From positions 93,622,001-93,686,000 of the forward strand of contig NC_045696.1 in the NCBI RefSeq assembly GCF_009834535.1: a stretch of 64,000 nt of DNA, in the 5' to 3' direction. The notes below the pieces were generated by a model. The model did not search any database. It saw only the letters and a list, made by a program, of their open reading frames with translations, and was not told the origin of the DNA. Of the stretch, positions 37,266 through 51,199 are shown in pieces. The position numbers were made by a program, and so were the translations under genes. Every line of letters begins with the position of its first letter. The stretch's first letter is position 1. The stretch is from Camelus ferus. Lineage: Eukaryota.

Positions 37266-37879
37266 ACTATGCTTCTCCCCAAGGGTTTGCTAGTAGCTAA
37301 TTCTCCTCTGCCAAGCTGACAGAAGCTGTTCAACGCCTCCCTCAGGACATGCAGTAAGGATGCTGCCCCATCACTTGCCTGAGTGTCCATTCCTCAGCAA
37401 CCTTGCTCACCTTTGTCTCAAGATTATTGTCCCTGTCTCAGCAAACTCTTCCACATCCTTATGAATTTCTCTAAGAGCTTCTCAGCTTGAAGCTGAGAGG
37501 ACCTAACGCAGAGACCTGTTATAGGAGGCTGCATGGGATCTTCCTGTTGGCTGGCTAATGGTCCCACATTCTGAGCTCGGAGAATCATCAAAGGTGATGC
37601 CATCCACTTTACTGCAGGGACTATTTAGAGGTTTCAGCTCAAAGACTATGTCCTAACACCAGCGAGGACTCCACACACAGCTCAAGGCATTTTCAAGGGA
37701 AGGACTAAGGGAGAGAAGCTGCCCTTTCCAGCCCTTTAGAAAGAGACGACTCCCATCACCTCACTCCTACCCTCTCCCAGTGGTAGAAATGCAGGGAGTC
37801 TCCTTCCTCTTTTCAGAGAAAAGGGAGAGGCCTCCAGGAGCATCACTAATAGTATAAGTGGAAACATAATGTGCAATTT

Positions 37880-38200
37880 TATTTTCTTAATTTGGGTTTT
37901 CCTAGAAAAAACCTCGAGACAAGAATTCAAAAGCAAAAGTCATTTACTTGGGAGCTACAGGAAGCATTGATAAGGGAGAGGGGAAGTGAGAAGAGAAGGG
38001 AAGGCAGCTGGAGGTTAATGCTCTCAAGAAATTTAGAGTCAAGGGTATTTATACACCAACTCTAGTCAGTAATTTGCTGAAAGCTTCCTGAGGAGGGAGG
38101 GGTGGTAATCTCCCAACATGCTGAGCCTGCCTCAGGGGACACAGGTATGGCAAAGTGGACACTGTCTGAAGAGAGAAGGCCCTCAGGTGCCTGGCTGACT
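37880..38200. mobile_element. ancient ERVL-type solo LTR (LTR16/LTR33-like)
   Basis: 'gggttttcctagaaaaaacctcgagacaagaattcaa...tttacttgggag...ggggaagtgagaagagaagggaaggcagc...gggtatttatacaccaactc'. Confidence 0.6.
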
Positions 38201-38504
38201 AGAGTCTTACTAAGAGTGTTACCCTGTAACCCAACGGGGGTCTCTCCTATATTTCAGCAGGGCTTCAACTACACTGGTTAAGCACTTTCAACTTCCAGTA
38301 TCCATTGTCTTTTAAAATTTTCATTTGACTTCCTTCTTAATGTGAAATAAAATTTCAATCAGAGGAAACCAAATCATATATTCAGGGGTTTTTGAAGGAG
38401 TCCCACAGCTAGTGGCAGTTTGATTTCATATCCAAAACTCCTAACTTTCAAATCAGTTCTCTTTACATCTGTGAACCTTCTGGGTCCTTCCTTGACATTC
38501 AATT

Positions 38505-39606
38505 GTATTTATTTGTTTATTTTTATTGAAGTATATTTGATGTACAATATTATATAAGTTACAGGTGTACAATATAGTCATTCACAATTTTTAAAGGTTA
38601 TACTCTATTTATAGTTATTATAAAATATTGTTTCCATCCCAGGTGTTGTACAATATATCCTTGTAGCTTATTTTATACATGATAAGTTTATCTTAATCTC
38701 CTTATGCTTATTTTAATCTCTTACCCCTTTATTACCCCTCCCCTCTTCTTTCTCCCTACTGGTAACCACTAGTTTGTTCTGTGAGTCTACTTCTTTTTGT
38801 TATATTCACTAGTTTGTTTTATTTTTTAGATTCCATATATAAATGATATGAAGTATTTGTCTTTCTCTGTCTGACTTCTTTCATTTAGCATACTTGCCCT
38901 CCAAGTCTATCAGTGTTGCTGCGAATGTCAGAATTTTATTCTTTTTTAAGGCTGAGTAGTATTCATTGTGTGTTTTGTGTGTGTGTGTTTACCACATCTT
39001 CTTTATCCAGTTGTCTGTCAATGAACACTTAGGTTACTTCCATATCTTGGCATTTGTAAATAATGCTGCTATCTGAACATTGGGGTGCATATATCTTTTC
39101 AAATTACTGTTTTTGTCTTTGGGGTTTTTTGAGGCGAGGGGAATACATATCACAGAGTGAAATTGCTAGGTCATATGGTAGTTCTAGTTTTAGTTTTTTG
39201 AGAAACCTCCATACTATTTACCACAGTGGCTGCACCAATTTACATTCTCACCAACAGTGTACAAGCGTTCCCTTTTCTCCACATCCTCCCTAACACTTGT
39301 TATTTGTGTTCTTTTTGATGATAGCCATTCTGACAGATGTGAGGTGATATCTCATTGTGATTTTGATCTGCATTTCTCTGATGATTAGTGATGCTGAGCA
39401 CCTTTTCATGTGCCTGTTGGCCATCTGCATTTCCTCTTTGGAAAAATACCTATTCAAAGACTTCCGCCCATTTTAAAAATCGGGTTGTTTGTTTTTCTGA
39501 TACTGAGTTGTATGAGTGGTTTATATATGTTGGATATTAACCCCTTATCAATCATATCATTTGCAAATATTTTCTCTCATTCAGTAGGTTATCTTTTCAC
39601 TTTGCT
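38505..39606 (-). mobile_element. 5'-truncated L1, antisense
   Basis: (TTTA)n tail, 'ctggtaaccactagtttgttct', 'gtggctgcaccaatttacattctcaccaacagtgt', 'catttgcaaatattttctc'. Confidence 0.95.
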
Positions 39607-40739
39607 GGACATTCAATTTTAAACATTATTGAGAGTCCATGGACGTTTTGACTACACTAACATCAATATATTGCTGTTACCTTGAATATGATGATACTGA
39701 TTTTCTTGTCACACTGATGTTCATTTGATATCTCTACTTAACAATACATCTGTACAACCTTGGACATGCTAGGATGAACTGGGAGAGGGAGACCCACATG
39801 CTTAGATGAATTGTGTCCTAAGTTTCTTCAAAACATGTAGTACCAAAAATATCCATTATATTTTCAGAGTGGGTTTCAGAGCCCTCTTTGGCAATATAAA
39901 AGACAAAAAAATTCTTTTTATTTTCTATATTCCCAGATAGTGGAAAGAAATAGTGTTATGAAGCAAATAGAAAAACACTATCTGTATTAAGAGCCACACA
40001 AGAGTGAATGCATTAGGAGGGCTTTCTTCTGATCAGGCAGATTCCTCTGTTCCTGAAAAGGAAAATTTAGGGATGTGGAAAATGGAGAAAAGGCCCAGAC
40101 TATGACCCTGCTATATCAGTAAAAACTTCCCTCATAAGTAGTAGTTTTCCTTTGCAAAGAGCCAGCACTGAGGTTTTGAATAAATGATTACCTCAACTGA
40201 TTTTTTTGCCCCTTTAGAGTCCTGGTTTTTATTTTTGAATTTTTGGAGTTTTTTCACCTTAGAAGTATCAAGGGCTCAAATTAGCTTTACATTTGTAAAC
40301 ATTTGATTTCTTTTAGGTATTCCACTTAGACCAATTTAATCATGATCTATAGTTGTTTAGTAACAATGGGACACAAGAGAATCATTCATGGATGGGTATA
40401 CATTTTCAAGAGCTTCAGTCATTATGCGTCTGTAGGAAAGACAACAAGCATCACAGAGACCTTTGGGGCAATGTATATTAATGTATACAGACTCCATCTC
40501 ATATCTAGGAAGGAAATAAACAATTACTGGGAAGATCATCATTATGTCTGTAAGAGATCTTCTTAAAATATTAGAAAACAACTTGAACAACTATATATGA
40601 GTGGGAAAAATGTGTTTCTATCCTTCAAAATTGAAGCTGTTTTTGTGGTTTAATTCAGAATGATCTCCTAACCAAGCCCACATAGAGAATGACAGCTCAC
40701 CATTATGGCTACAGAGCATGAGTTTTCTGCTAACAACAT

Positions 40740-41520
40740 GGTAAATCATCTATCCAACGAATATGGTTGTGAGGCAAAGGGATATAAAAGTTAAAATTTC
40801 ATGGTCTCTGACCTCTTGAAGATTGAATTCAAATGTGGAAGGCAGGTAACTAAACCAATAAGTATAACGCAAAATAAGTAGAAATCCGGGTAATGTGAGA
40901 ATACATGGGACGGACAGCCAACCCAGTTTTGGGGATTTAGGGAAGGCTAGCAGTTGGCTTTGTGAGACTTGGAGGAGCTAAAAGTATATTCCAGGCAAGG
41001 ACACTGTTGCAGAGGCAAAGGAAAGTATAGCACCTTTGGGGAACTGAAGCTAGTTCTGATGGGCTGTGCAGTAATGAGCAAAGACTACAGACTGCTAACA
41101 AATGAGGCTGGAAAGGTGAGGGTCTCACAAATCATGTTAGAGTTGGAAACTTGTCAAAATACAGTAATTCATTAAGGAGGCTTTAGGAAGAAAGTGTCAT
41201 AATCTTGTGCACTTTTGAACAATTCTTCTGGCTATACGTGGAGACTACTCTTGAAAAATGTAAGGCTCAAAGGCAGGGAAATCCATAAAGATGCCCTAGC
41301 AATGAGTCAGACAAAAGACAATGGTGACCTAAACTAGAGTAGTGGTGATAAGTATAGTGAAAAATGGATCGATTTGAGAAGTAAACTTTATAGGGTCTGG
41401 TGATTGATTGGCTGCCAGCAGGAAGGACAAGGAATAATCAGGACTTCTGGCTTGGGCAACTGGGTAGGTGTTGTACACCTACTGAAGACTGGAAACCAAG
41501 AAAAAGATGCAGTTTTCATG
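40740..41520 (-). mobile_element. L2 fragment, antisense
   Basis: 'atattccaggcaagg...gcagaggcaaagg', 'atgaggctggaaagg', 'tggtgacctaaactagagtagtggtg', 'ttctggcttgggcaactggg'. Confidence 0.75.
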
Positions 41521-42419
41521 TGTATCAGCCACTCCCTGGAAATAAAATTGGTATTTTCATAATAACAACATCTATAGTTGCTTAAAGTTATTTCAAGGTC
41601 ATTTACTTTGCCACCAGTTACATGGAATATACATTTTACAGGTGAAAAATTCAAGGCTTTAAGAAATTAAATGACTTGCCCAAGATAACACAGGTCATAA
41701 ATGGTGACACCAGGACTGGAACAAGATCTTATGTTTCTAATACCATTGCTTATTGCTCTCTGCCTCCCTTCCCTGGAAGCTGCATTAGCTCCTATGAGCC
41801 ACAGGGATAATATCTTTAGAAGTATTATCAGTGATTTTCTAAATGATGTTCTGATGACCTGAAAGAGATGATGTGCTATTCAATCCACTCACCCAGCAAG
41901 GCAATTTCAATCCCCCAGAGCTTACTGTCTTTACTGGGATCTTATTTTTAAAAAAGAACAACCTTGAAATAGTTCTTCTATCTTTCCCTTAAAAGTATTT
42001 CACAACTAAGTTTGAAAAAAAATTTGTTTCGAAAGTAATAGTTAAACATTCAGAAGTAGACCTTTCTCAGATCAAATCATCATATTCTTATAATGTTTGC
42101 ATGACAAAAATATCATAGAGTCTACTTTTCTGACTATAGTAGATTATTTACCATGGCAGTTTTAATGTATTATTTTATTTTTGTAGCTATTCTCTTTGTA
42201 ATACTGTCTCAGCACCACGGAGGTTTTCTGAAACCAGTATCTAGTATCAGAAGTTGCTTGCTGATATGAATTTAATGAAATTCTATCTTCCCAAGTTTTC
42301 AAAATACTACTACTAATGAGTAATAGATGGAATCTTCCCAATCTTACTTTTCTTCCATACATATTTATTAAAATTTGATACCTTCTACAAAATTATCTGT
42401 ATGAAAATCTAGTGTAAGA

Positions 42420-44520
42420 GGATTCTGGGAAGATGTTGGCACCAACAAGCCTCTAATTCCAACATAAAAACAGACAGGACAACCACATAGAATAAACCTT
42501 GGGCAACATTAGGTGATAGACTACCCTCGTGAACCTTAAAACACAAGCAAGTGAAGACAAACTATAGCCACAAGACTTGATAGTATTAGCATTTGAGCAG
42601 GAGAAAGCAGAGGGAATAAAGAGGGAGTCTGATGGATATGAGAATAGGAAAACCCCAAAGGAGGCAATAGCTAATCACTGTTAAGTGCATCAGACTGATA
42701 TGGAAGCAGCAGCCAAAATCAAGAGAGGTTTTGCTCAATTCAATATAGGATGAATGAAAGGAATCCACTAGAGGACCTAAAAGAAATTGAGTCTAGCCCT
42801 AAGACTCCATGTGCTCTTGAAACCAACTGCCATAGTTCTCTTTTAGGACAGAGCCCACACTCAGGAGAAACTGCTAGGAGCAGAATCAAAATCAAGCAGG
42901 GCATGTGAAACAGAGATGAAGGAAATGGGAGGTCCAGATAAAAGTGATGAAGGAGAAGAGAGCCAGGAGGTCTCAGAAAGTTAAGTTGCCATCTTTTTGA
43001 ACATTACCAAAAATCAAGAGAGGAGAGAGCACTGTAAAAGGAGAAACACTGCCTGAGCCAACCCTCCTTCAAAAATTGAGGGAAAACAAATTTCACACAA
43101 AAAGGAGCAAAGATTAAGTAATGAGATCAAGTCCCACACAAAGTTATTACATACCAGAAAATAAAATAAGTAGCAGGCTAATGTCCTTATAAGATTTTTT
43201 TTTAATGCTAGGAAGATGCTCACAGAATAGACCAAAAGAGTAAGCTTCTACTTTAGACAGAGCTAAAAGATGTTAAGAAAATGATATATGAACAATGAAA
43301 GAATAATATGAATCAACATTAGAAAAACTTAGAAATTAAATGACAGAGCTCAGGGGAAAGAAAGATTTAAAAGGAAATGAAGATTAAACCAAACAAAACA
43401 CATATGTGAGTAAATACCAGAGATGATGAGAAAATCTCTTCAAGAAAAATGCATGGTGAAAAGAAGGGAAAATTTTTAAATCAAATAGAAATAATTAAGA
43501 AGAAACAAAAGGATTTGGAAAAAAATGATAAATGTTTAAGATAGGTTAAAAAAAATCCAGTGTATGAATAAAAGAAATCCTTGCAGAAAAAAAAAAAAAA
43601 AAAAAGAAAGTAAGAGTACAGAACAAATACTAAAACTACATATGTCAAAAGACCTTTCATTTGAGTTCAGGTTTTTTGAGCATGAGCCACCACCTGTTCT
43701 CCTTGCTTGATCCTGCAATAAACCTCTGCTCAAAAAAAAAATTTTTTTTGAATCTGTATATTGAAAGATCAGTCCATGTGCTTCAGATTATCAACTTAGA
43801 AAAACCAATGCCAAATCATATGTTATTAAAACTGTTGGATTTAAGTAAAAACAAAAAAATCCTTTAACCAGCTAGGCAAATATAAAAATACAAATGACTT
43901 GTAGATATTACATTGTTAAGACTTATTAAATATTAAATTGTTAACAGTCACACTTTCTTTCATAATAAAATAGAAAGCATTTAAGAAAAGAAAATGAGCC
44001 AAGGATTTTAGATACAAACTATTATCAAGATGTAAAAGTACAGGAAATGTTGTTCTCATGAGAATTACCTAAGGAATTTACTAGAGAATGAGCATCAGAC
44101 AACCAAAATTACTAAAGAGAATTAAATATGTATAATAAATATGTAGTCGCTTTTAGAACAATGATTAAGTAAGAGTTAGAAAAGAGAGAGTACAGTATGT
44201 TATGGTGATAAGCTGAGACAAGGTAGATATAGTATAGCTATAAAAGATGGTTGAGAGTGAGGAGAGCATATGTAAAAATATTTTAACATAACCCCATGTA
44301 TATTATTTGTATTTCTAGTTCTCAAAGGCACAGAATTTGGGATAGTGGTCACTTTTAGGGTACTGCATACAAAGAAGGACTTCTGGGAAAGCTAGCAAAG
44401 TTCTGTTTCTTGACCTGCTAGTGATTACATGAGTGTTCACCTTTAATTACATCAATAAGGTATCCATCTGTTTGTAAAGATTTTCTGTGTTTGTGTTTTA
44501 CTTTTAAATAAAGTGGTTTT
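42420..44520 (+). mobile_element. ancient L1M fragments (5'UTR/ORF1 and 3' pieces)
   Basis: 'ttctgggaagatg' 5' end, ORF1-like 'gaacaaatactaaaact...ttgaatctgtatattgaaag', and 3' 'aagttctgtttcttgacctg...gattacatgagtgttcac'. Confidence 0.65.
43660..43741 (+). mobile_element. polyadenylated ERV-LTR R-region-like fragment inserted in L1
   Basis: 'ttttgagcatgagccaccacctgttctccttgcttgatcctgcAATAAAcctctgctc' plus A10, interrupting L1 ORF1-like sequence. Confidence 0.6.
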
Positions 44521-44639
44521 GTAAAAATTCCAGTATTACATGTAACTGAGCTAGGAGAAAAGAACATATTTTGTTATTTTGAGTATTTAACTTTTGTAAT
44601 GAAGCCACCATGGTGGGTAGAAAAATCACATTTTCTGTT

Positions 44640-44870
44640 CACTAAGGAGCCCAGAAACAGTAGCCATAAACATTCCTAGGATCCAGATTGTGGTCTTCAA
44701 ATGCTATTCTCTAGTAAAGAAAAAGAGTTTACTGGAGAAATGGCTGATTCAGGCCTGAGACAGGAAATGTACATGATGAACCTAGAAAGCGTGTCCGAGC
44801 ATATAGTGAAAAAGCTATAAAAAAATTTCTAGGGTCATGTCAAAAGAAGCAACTTGAAGATCACTGGGCA
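44640..44870 (+). mobile_element. L1MC-type 3' region fragment
   Basis: 'ccagattgtggtct...ctggagaaatggctgattc...gacaggaaatgtacatgatgaacctaga'. Confidence 0.65.
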
Positions 44871-47118
44871 TTAATATCTTTTAACATCATCAGAGAACAC
44901 CCCTACAGTATCATAAAGCCAGCTCATTCTTTGTAGTCTCACCATTAATCTGAGGACGGTTGTATTTTTTAACAGGAAATCCTAATCATTTGAATAAGAA
45001 GTATGAATCTTGTTTTCTTATGTGAAAATTTTCCTAGAGAAACAACATTAACTTACTTTATTTTGTAATCCCTTTAAAAATATAAATGGGAAAGTAAAGG
45101 AATGATGGGTAGCATTATATAAATATAATGCCCATGACACTTGACATTAAAAAAAAATTAAATTTTAGTTGGAGAATAGGGACAGTAGGAGTAACCTTCC
45201 ACTTATCAACAGAAAATGCACATCAAGATTTTATAAAGTAGATAAATGATAACCAGTCTGAAGCTTTCAGGAAAAATAATGTGTACTTATGGTTATTTAC
45301 TTTGGTGTTCAAACCTTAGGATCAATTTCAGGTATAGATTCATTTTTAATTATGACCAGTGAGTCTCTTACTAACTTTCATAATGGTTATTTTAACTACT
45401 TTCTACACTAATTTTTTCCTTTATTCCTTCTCTTTAGAACTCTGATTTCATTTTTTTAAAGTGCAAAATCAATCTCTATTTCCTAAATGTGACAATTACA
45501 CTTAGATCTTTTTTAAAGGAGAGCTATTTTGAGCTGTTGCGTTTACCTTTGAAAATCATTACCTTTGTCTTGGGCAGAGAAACTTCAAACTAGCCAGCGT
45601 ATCTAAAAAGTAATTATCCTCGATTTTTTCCTTGAGAATTCAAAGCCATTTTTATCCTATGCCCTAGATAATGTGATCAATTCAATTTTGCTGTTTCTGG
45701 CATTATTTGCTTCTAAGAGTTGGCAAATTTATACCATCCCTCCTAGAAATAGCTTGGCAAATTCCAAAAATACAAAGGTGCGTTAAAGTTTAAGTTTTTA
45801 ATTATAAACTTTTCTAGTCCTGGGTGCTAATTTTGCCAGCATGATCATTTTTGTCACATCTTTGGGTTTGTGATAATAGAATATCATCCCATGCAGAACT
45901 CAGTAAATAGCGGTCAATTCAGAATAGGCAACACATTTACCAACTTCATAATTATTAGCATTAAAATTAAAGCTAATAATTTTATTCAACCATGAAAACT
46001 TTAGATAAACCTGGAATTTAGAAACATGCAAATAGTTTATAAGTAGATAATATATTTCACTTTGTTTTAATATAGGGAATCCTATAGACACAGATGATGG
46101 AGAGGAGTCAATTCTGTATACATTAGAACATATCCAATGGAAAAAGTAACTCAGAAGTTCTAGTTACCCAGTGCAAATGTGCACAATGATCAGAGAGACA
46201 GAGGCCAACAGACAACATTCAGTTCACTTAAAGAGAGCATTTAGTACAATGGCACCCATAACAGTGGCAGAAGGAGAGCATTTTCAGATGCTAACCCCTC
46301 CGCCCCAGTGCTGCTATTTCGAGCCCTGCACAATTGAATGACCAACGAGATAAAGAAAGCTAAAAATCCATCCTGTACTCTACTCACAGAGCCCCACACC
46401 TTGGCATAGGACTGCCTACCTCAGTATGTCTTCTGATAGACAAGCCATGCCTCCAACTGGCAGCACCCTCAGAGGAGTGTCTTTTCCTATGGCCACAAAG
46501 GGAATGCACCTATAACCTAGAACTACTAAATGAAAATATATAGGAGTGAGCTCCCACTGCTTTTTATTTTTTTAATCCCATAGTGATTCCTATGGACTCT
46601 GCATGGCTGATGGCAGTTTTAGAAATAGCTCTATTTCTTGTACAACATCCTTTCAATAGGAATTAGTGTTGGTTGTGAGAGATGTCTTCCAAGTTCAGTG
46701 TTGCCTGAAGCCCCTTCCATTTTGGTTGTCTCTGTTGCCTTTTTCTGTCATGAAGAGTATAGTATACACCAGAAGGACAAAATTAGGTCTGTCCTGCATT
46801 GTGTCCACACTGTCTAGCACGGTTCCTGGCATGGATTCAGTAAACATTTCTGAGTGAATGTATATATGAATGGATATATGGGTGGGTAGATGCACAAATG
46901 AATGAATGAATATGTTCAACTGAACCAGAGGGTTTGTACTAAGCTGCTTTATTCTCATAATAGATGGGTTAAATTTAGGCAGCACAAAATCAGCCCAAGG
47001 ATGCTTTAAAAACCTAGTGACTCTATCAACATACTAGATACATTAATATTAAACAAATAACTTGATTTTCTCTCCAAGGAGTTCATAGTTGGTCATTTTG
47101 GCATTGAATAGACAAAAC

Positions 47119-47506
47119 TGTAAAAATTAATAAACAGAAACCTAAATTAAAATAGAATTAGGAAGCCAGGAGGGGGAGCTCTCACACTCTATGACAATAG
47201 CAAAGCCCATTTCCTTGTTCTTGCTGGGCAAGAGCTCAGCCAATGAGGTAGTCACAACTCAGCCAATAGAAACCCACAATACTTCAAACTCTCATTTCCT
47301 CCAGTGGACTGTTTGTTTACTACAGCCCTCTCAACCTCCCTTTCCCCTTTTTAAAAGAGTTTTCCTCTTCTTGTTGTGTGGGGACTTGCAAGTGGCTCAT
47401 CATTGTTGCAGACCCTGAACTGCAATTCTTTGTTGATCCTGAATAAACTCTTTTTTTTTTTTTTTCTGGAGAAGTAACTGGCAGTCTTATTTGTTTTAGG
47501 TCAACA
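47119..47506 (+). mobile_element. ERV1-type solo LTR (about 390 bp)
   Basis: TG...CA ends (tgtaaa...tcaaca), imperfect 4-bp TSD aaac/caac, two 'ctcagccaat' CCAAT boxes, TATA-like 'ttttaaaag', and AATAAA near 47442. Confidence 0.85.
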
Positions 47507-48399
47507 CAACTTACAGAAATTATAACACTGAGAATAATATAATGGCAGAGAGAAAAAGGAAGACACAAATAACTTCCAAATTCAGGAGAATTTGGGGAAT
47601 ATTTTATTTAAATAGTCTCAAATTTGCTTGAAACTGAGATCACTGGTTCAGGGAAGATAGACACTGAAGGAAAAAAAGAAAAGAAAAATTAAGTGTGGGC
47701 TGATTTAATTAGCTATGGCAAAATTAAATGAGATTTATGTGTTCATGTTATTTGACAGCATGAATGGATTTCTCCAGGGAGTCATAAACAATGACCATAG
47801 TTAGGCTTGTATTCAAACATATCCGACAAATGGCGGTAAAACAATACTCTTGGCCAAGGTAACAGCATGAGAAAATCCAGGGTTTACAGTCAGAACTTTT
47901 TTAAATGCCAGCTCTATCAGGTGCTACCTATATTACATTCATCTTGCTAATTTACCTTCTCAAGCTTTAGTTTATTTATCAAGCTTCAGTATATTTCATA
48001 GGATTATATGTGAAAGACACACAAAAGGTGCCTAATGGAGAAGAGCACATAGCCAACACAAAGTGTATGTCAGTTCTCAGCCGTTGTCTTACTCATTGGC
48101 ACAACTGCTACTCCGTGACAGCATGAGTCTGTTGAATACTGAGGGGAAAGCCAGCTTTGTCTCTTCAAGGGGAATCAGAAGCAGAGGAGATGATGAAAAT
48201 ATGTATGGTGTGTTAGGCGTGGAACCTAGGGAGGAGAAACCAAGGAAACTAAGCAAAAAGAAGCTGATTTCAACGTCAAAAATTTAGGGTTGTAAGCTTA
48301 TAAACCTCCCTAAAATATTCACTTGCTTCTCACTCCCTTAAATGATAATTTGTTAGTATGTTTCAGAATGTTTTTTTCATTCTCTCTTTCTAGTCCATC

Positions 48400-49000
48400 T
48401 ACTCCCTCTTCAGTTTATTTACTATGGGGTCCTAACTCTACAAATTCATCTACCACCTGGAAGCCTTCTCTCCATTGACCTTACCACTGACCATAAAGCC
48501 CTACATGTTCTCACTTCCCGCTTTGTCCAGCTGGGTCCTGGGAATTCATCTCTAGTATTACTCTCCTGTATAGATCATTCATTCCCTTGCTTCTCTCTCC
48601 CTTCACCTTACTCTTCTGGAAAATTCTAACTCTGGTTAACTCAGCTCTTTACTAATTCTGCAGCTGAATACAAAGCAGGAGAAAGACATATAATTGTGGT
48701 CTCTCTTTATATTTAAAAATACAAGTGGGCACTTGGCACTGCTCTGCAATCTGGCTGCATTCTCCGGGTAGATTAACTTTCTTCTTCTCTTAGGAAACTA
48801 ATTCACACCTTCTTTCCTATACTCAAGTTCCCATTATCTCCTCCCTCCTTTCTCACTCTCTCCTGATGACCTTGACCCCTGTATTACTCAGAAAATTAGG
48901 AGCAAAAGTCTTCTAACAAAAAATCTCCAATTTCCAATACCACATCTGCTAAACTCCTGCTTCTTTACCCATATACTCTGCTTTCCCTCTGGTTACAATA
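48400..49000 (+). mobile_element. L2 internal fragment
   Basis: Pyrimidine-rich with L2-like 'gcagctgaa...caggagaaa' and 'cactctctcctgatgaccttgacc...tactcagaaaat'. Confidence 0.5.
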
Positions 49001-49014
49001 TGTATTCTTAACCT

Positions 49015-49470
49015 TCTTCTGTGTGTTGTGAGAACTTTTAGCCATCTGGTGAAGCCCAGAGCCCTTTTTCAGAATAGTATTATTAAACACATAAAATAAA
49101 ATGTCTAGAAATATAAAAAAAATTAAAATTCAACTATAAAAATGTTTAAAAACTTATGGTATAGTAATATATGTACTTTTTTGTTAATGCACTGTATAAG
49201 ATGATTTAGCAGGTGGTCTAATAACTTGATATTCAAGGAGAGAAAATTATATTTTAAGATATTTCCAACAGTTATGATGTGACTTGAAAATATCTGTATT
49301 AGTAGCCAATTCTGATTTATTGATTACATACATTATTGAAAGAAATATTAAATTTCAATCGAGATTAGTAAAAATAAGAATGTAGTTTTTTGCCCATTCA
49401 AGTTCACAAACCTTCTGAATTCTATCTATGGGCTTCTTGGAAGTCGATGGATACCAGATTTAAAATCCTA
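49015..49470. mobile_element. hAT-Charlie element (Charlie4a-like)
   Basis: 'tctggtgaagcc...tttcagaata...cataaaataaaat', 'ggtctaataact', 'gaaaatatctgt', 'caagttcacaaaccttctgaattctatc'. Confidence 0.65.
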
Positions 49471-49479
49471 GATAAAGTC

Positions 49480-50850
49480 AGTTCATCCACTTTTATAAAA
49501 ATTGACCATATGCTGAACCAAAAGCAAATTTCAAGGGATTAAAACCAGACATCAGTGAAGTTAAACTAGAAATCAATAATAAAAACATATTTTCTTGTTA
49601 TTTGGAAATTAAGAAATATAAAGTACCCAATATGTCAAATAACAAATTAAAAATTAGAAAAGTATTTTTATCTGAATTATAATGAAATTATCACAAAGGA
49701 TTAAATATCAACATTTTTATGGTACAGTTAAAGAAGTGTTAAAGGAATTATAGCCTTTAAAATTAAATGCATAAATTTGAAAAGAAGTGTTGAACATTAA
49801 TGAGTTAAGTATCCATCTTAAGAAGTAAGAAAAAGAAAAAGAAACCCAAAGAAAATTTAAAAAAAAGATAAGAACAGAAATTAATGAAATAAATTAATAT
49901 ACATTAGTGGGCATCAACAAAGTCACAGATTGATTCTTTGAAAAGAATCTTTGTAAAATTCTTGGAAGAATGACCAAGAAATACAAGAGGCAACACATAT
50001 AACCCAAGGAATATCACTACAGATTCTATAGATACTGAAAATATGTACGAGCATGTTATAAGCAACAGTATGTTGATAAAATATTGAAAATTGAAGTAAT
50101 GTGGATAAAATTCTAATAAAGAACACTTAATAATATGAACAAAGAAGAAATAAAAATACAAATAGTCCTTTATTTAAAAAAAAATAGATCCATAACTACA
50201 ACTTTTTCTGAAAGAAAATTCTAGGGCAAGATGGCTTCCCTGGTGAAATTTTCCAAGCATTCAAAAAAGAGCTGTCCCCAGTTTTACAAAATCCCTCAGA
50301 AAGTAGGGGAAGACTGAACATTGCTCAGTTTGTTTTGTGAAGCTATCATAATCTTAATATCAAAACCTGATAAGGAAACTGCTGGGAAGGAAAATTAAGT
50401 GTAATCCCACCCATAAACATGAGCAGAAAAATCCTAAGCAAGTTGTTCGTTAGCAAATCATATTCAAAATGAAAAATGAATAAAATATAGTGATCAATAT
50501 GATTTATTCCAGGAAAACAAGGTTGTTTTAACACTTTAAAATCAATTAGCATAATTCACCAAATTAACAAAAAGAAGAAGAAAAAGCATGGGATCTCAGA
50601 AGACACAGGAAAAAAGGTGTGATAAAATTTGATATCCACTTATAATAATTAAAAATACTCAGCAAACTAGGAGCTTATTTAATGTGATTTTTTTAAACGA
50701 AAATAATCTATAAGATATTAAATAAATTTAGCTTCATTAATGAGTATATTTTGAAAAGCCATTTTTTCAGAATACCAGCAGCAACAATTTGGAAAATGAC
50801 CTTTATAAAATAGTATTATTCAACATAACATCAACAAATATCAAATAGGC
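49480..50850 (+). mobile_element. ancient L1 ORF2 fragment
   Basis: 'aaaattgaccatatgct', 'aaactagaaatcaataa', 'gatggcttccctggtgaa', 'gatttattccaggaaaacaaggttgttttaaca'. Confidence 0.85.
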
Positions 50851-51199
50851 ATCTTTGCTCCAATTTGCTGGAAAGCCTAAGGCACCCAGGAGAAATGAGG
50901 AGGAGGATATGGAAGTGGAGTGCCAATGGTGTTTAAGGCAAAGATGTGAGAAGTAGTTTGGAGCCATTTAATGAGAAAATGGTACAGGCTGACTAACCTA
51001 ACACGAGGAAGCAGGTGCCACAAAGATGGTAGCAGCTGTGGCAGTGTTTCTACTGACATTTTATGTTGTATTTCAGGTACTTGAAATAAAAATGAATGCA
51101 AGTTTAGGAAATCAGTTTGCAAGAGTAGAACACAACTGCATGTTCTACAAGATCTCCCAGATCAAAAGATTAGGCTAAGAATTTCTTAAAATAAAGTCA

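Noticed and set aside
40317..40549. Plus-strand acceptor/donor pair around ORF 40342-40566
   Set aside because: The donor's exonic side is weak (TCT|GTAAGA) and the peptide is unrecognisable. Such pseudo-exons are common.
47821..47840. CTCF-like 'ccgacaaatggcgg' (and a partial motif near 30350)
   Set aside because: Too many mismatches to the core motif.
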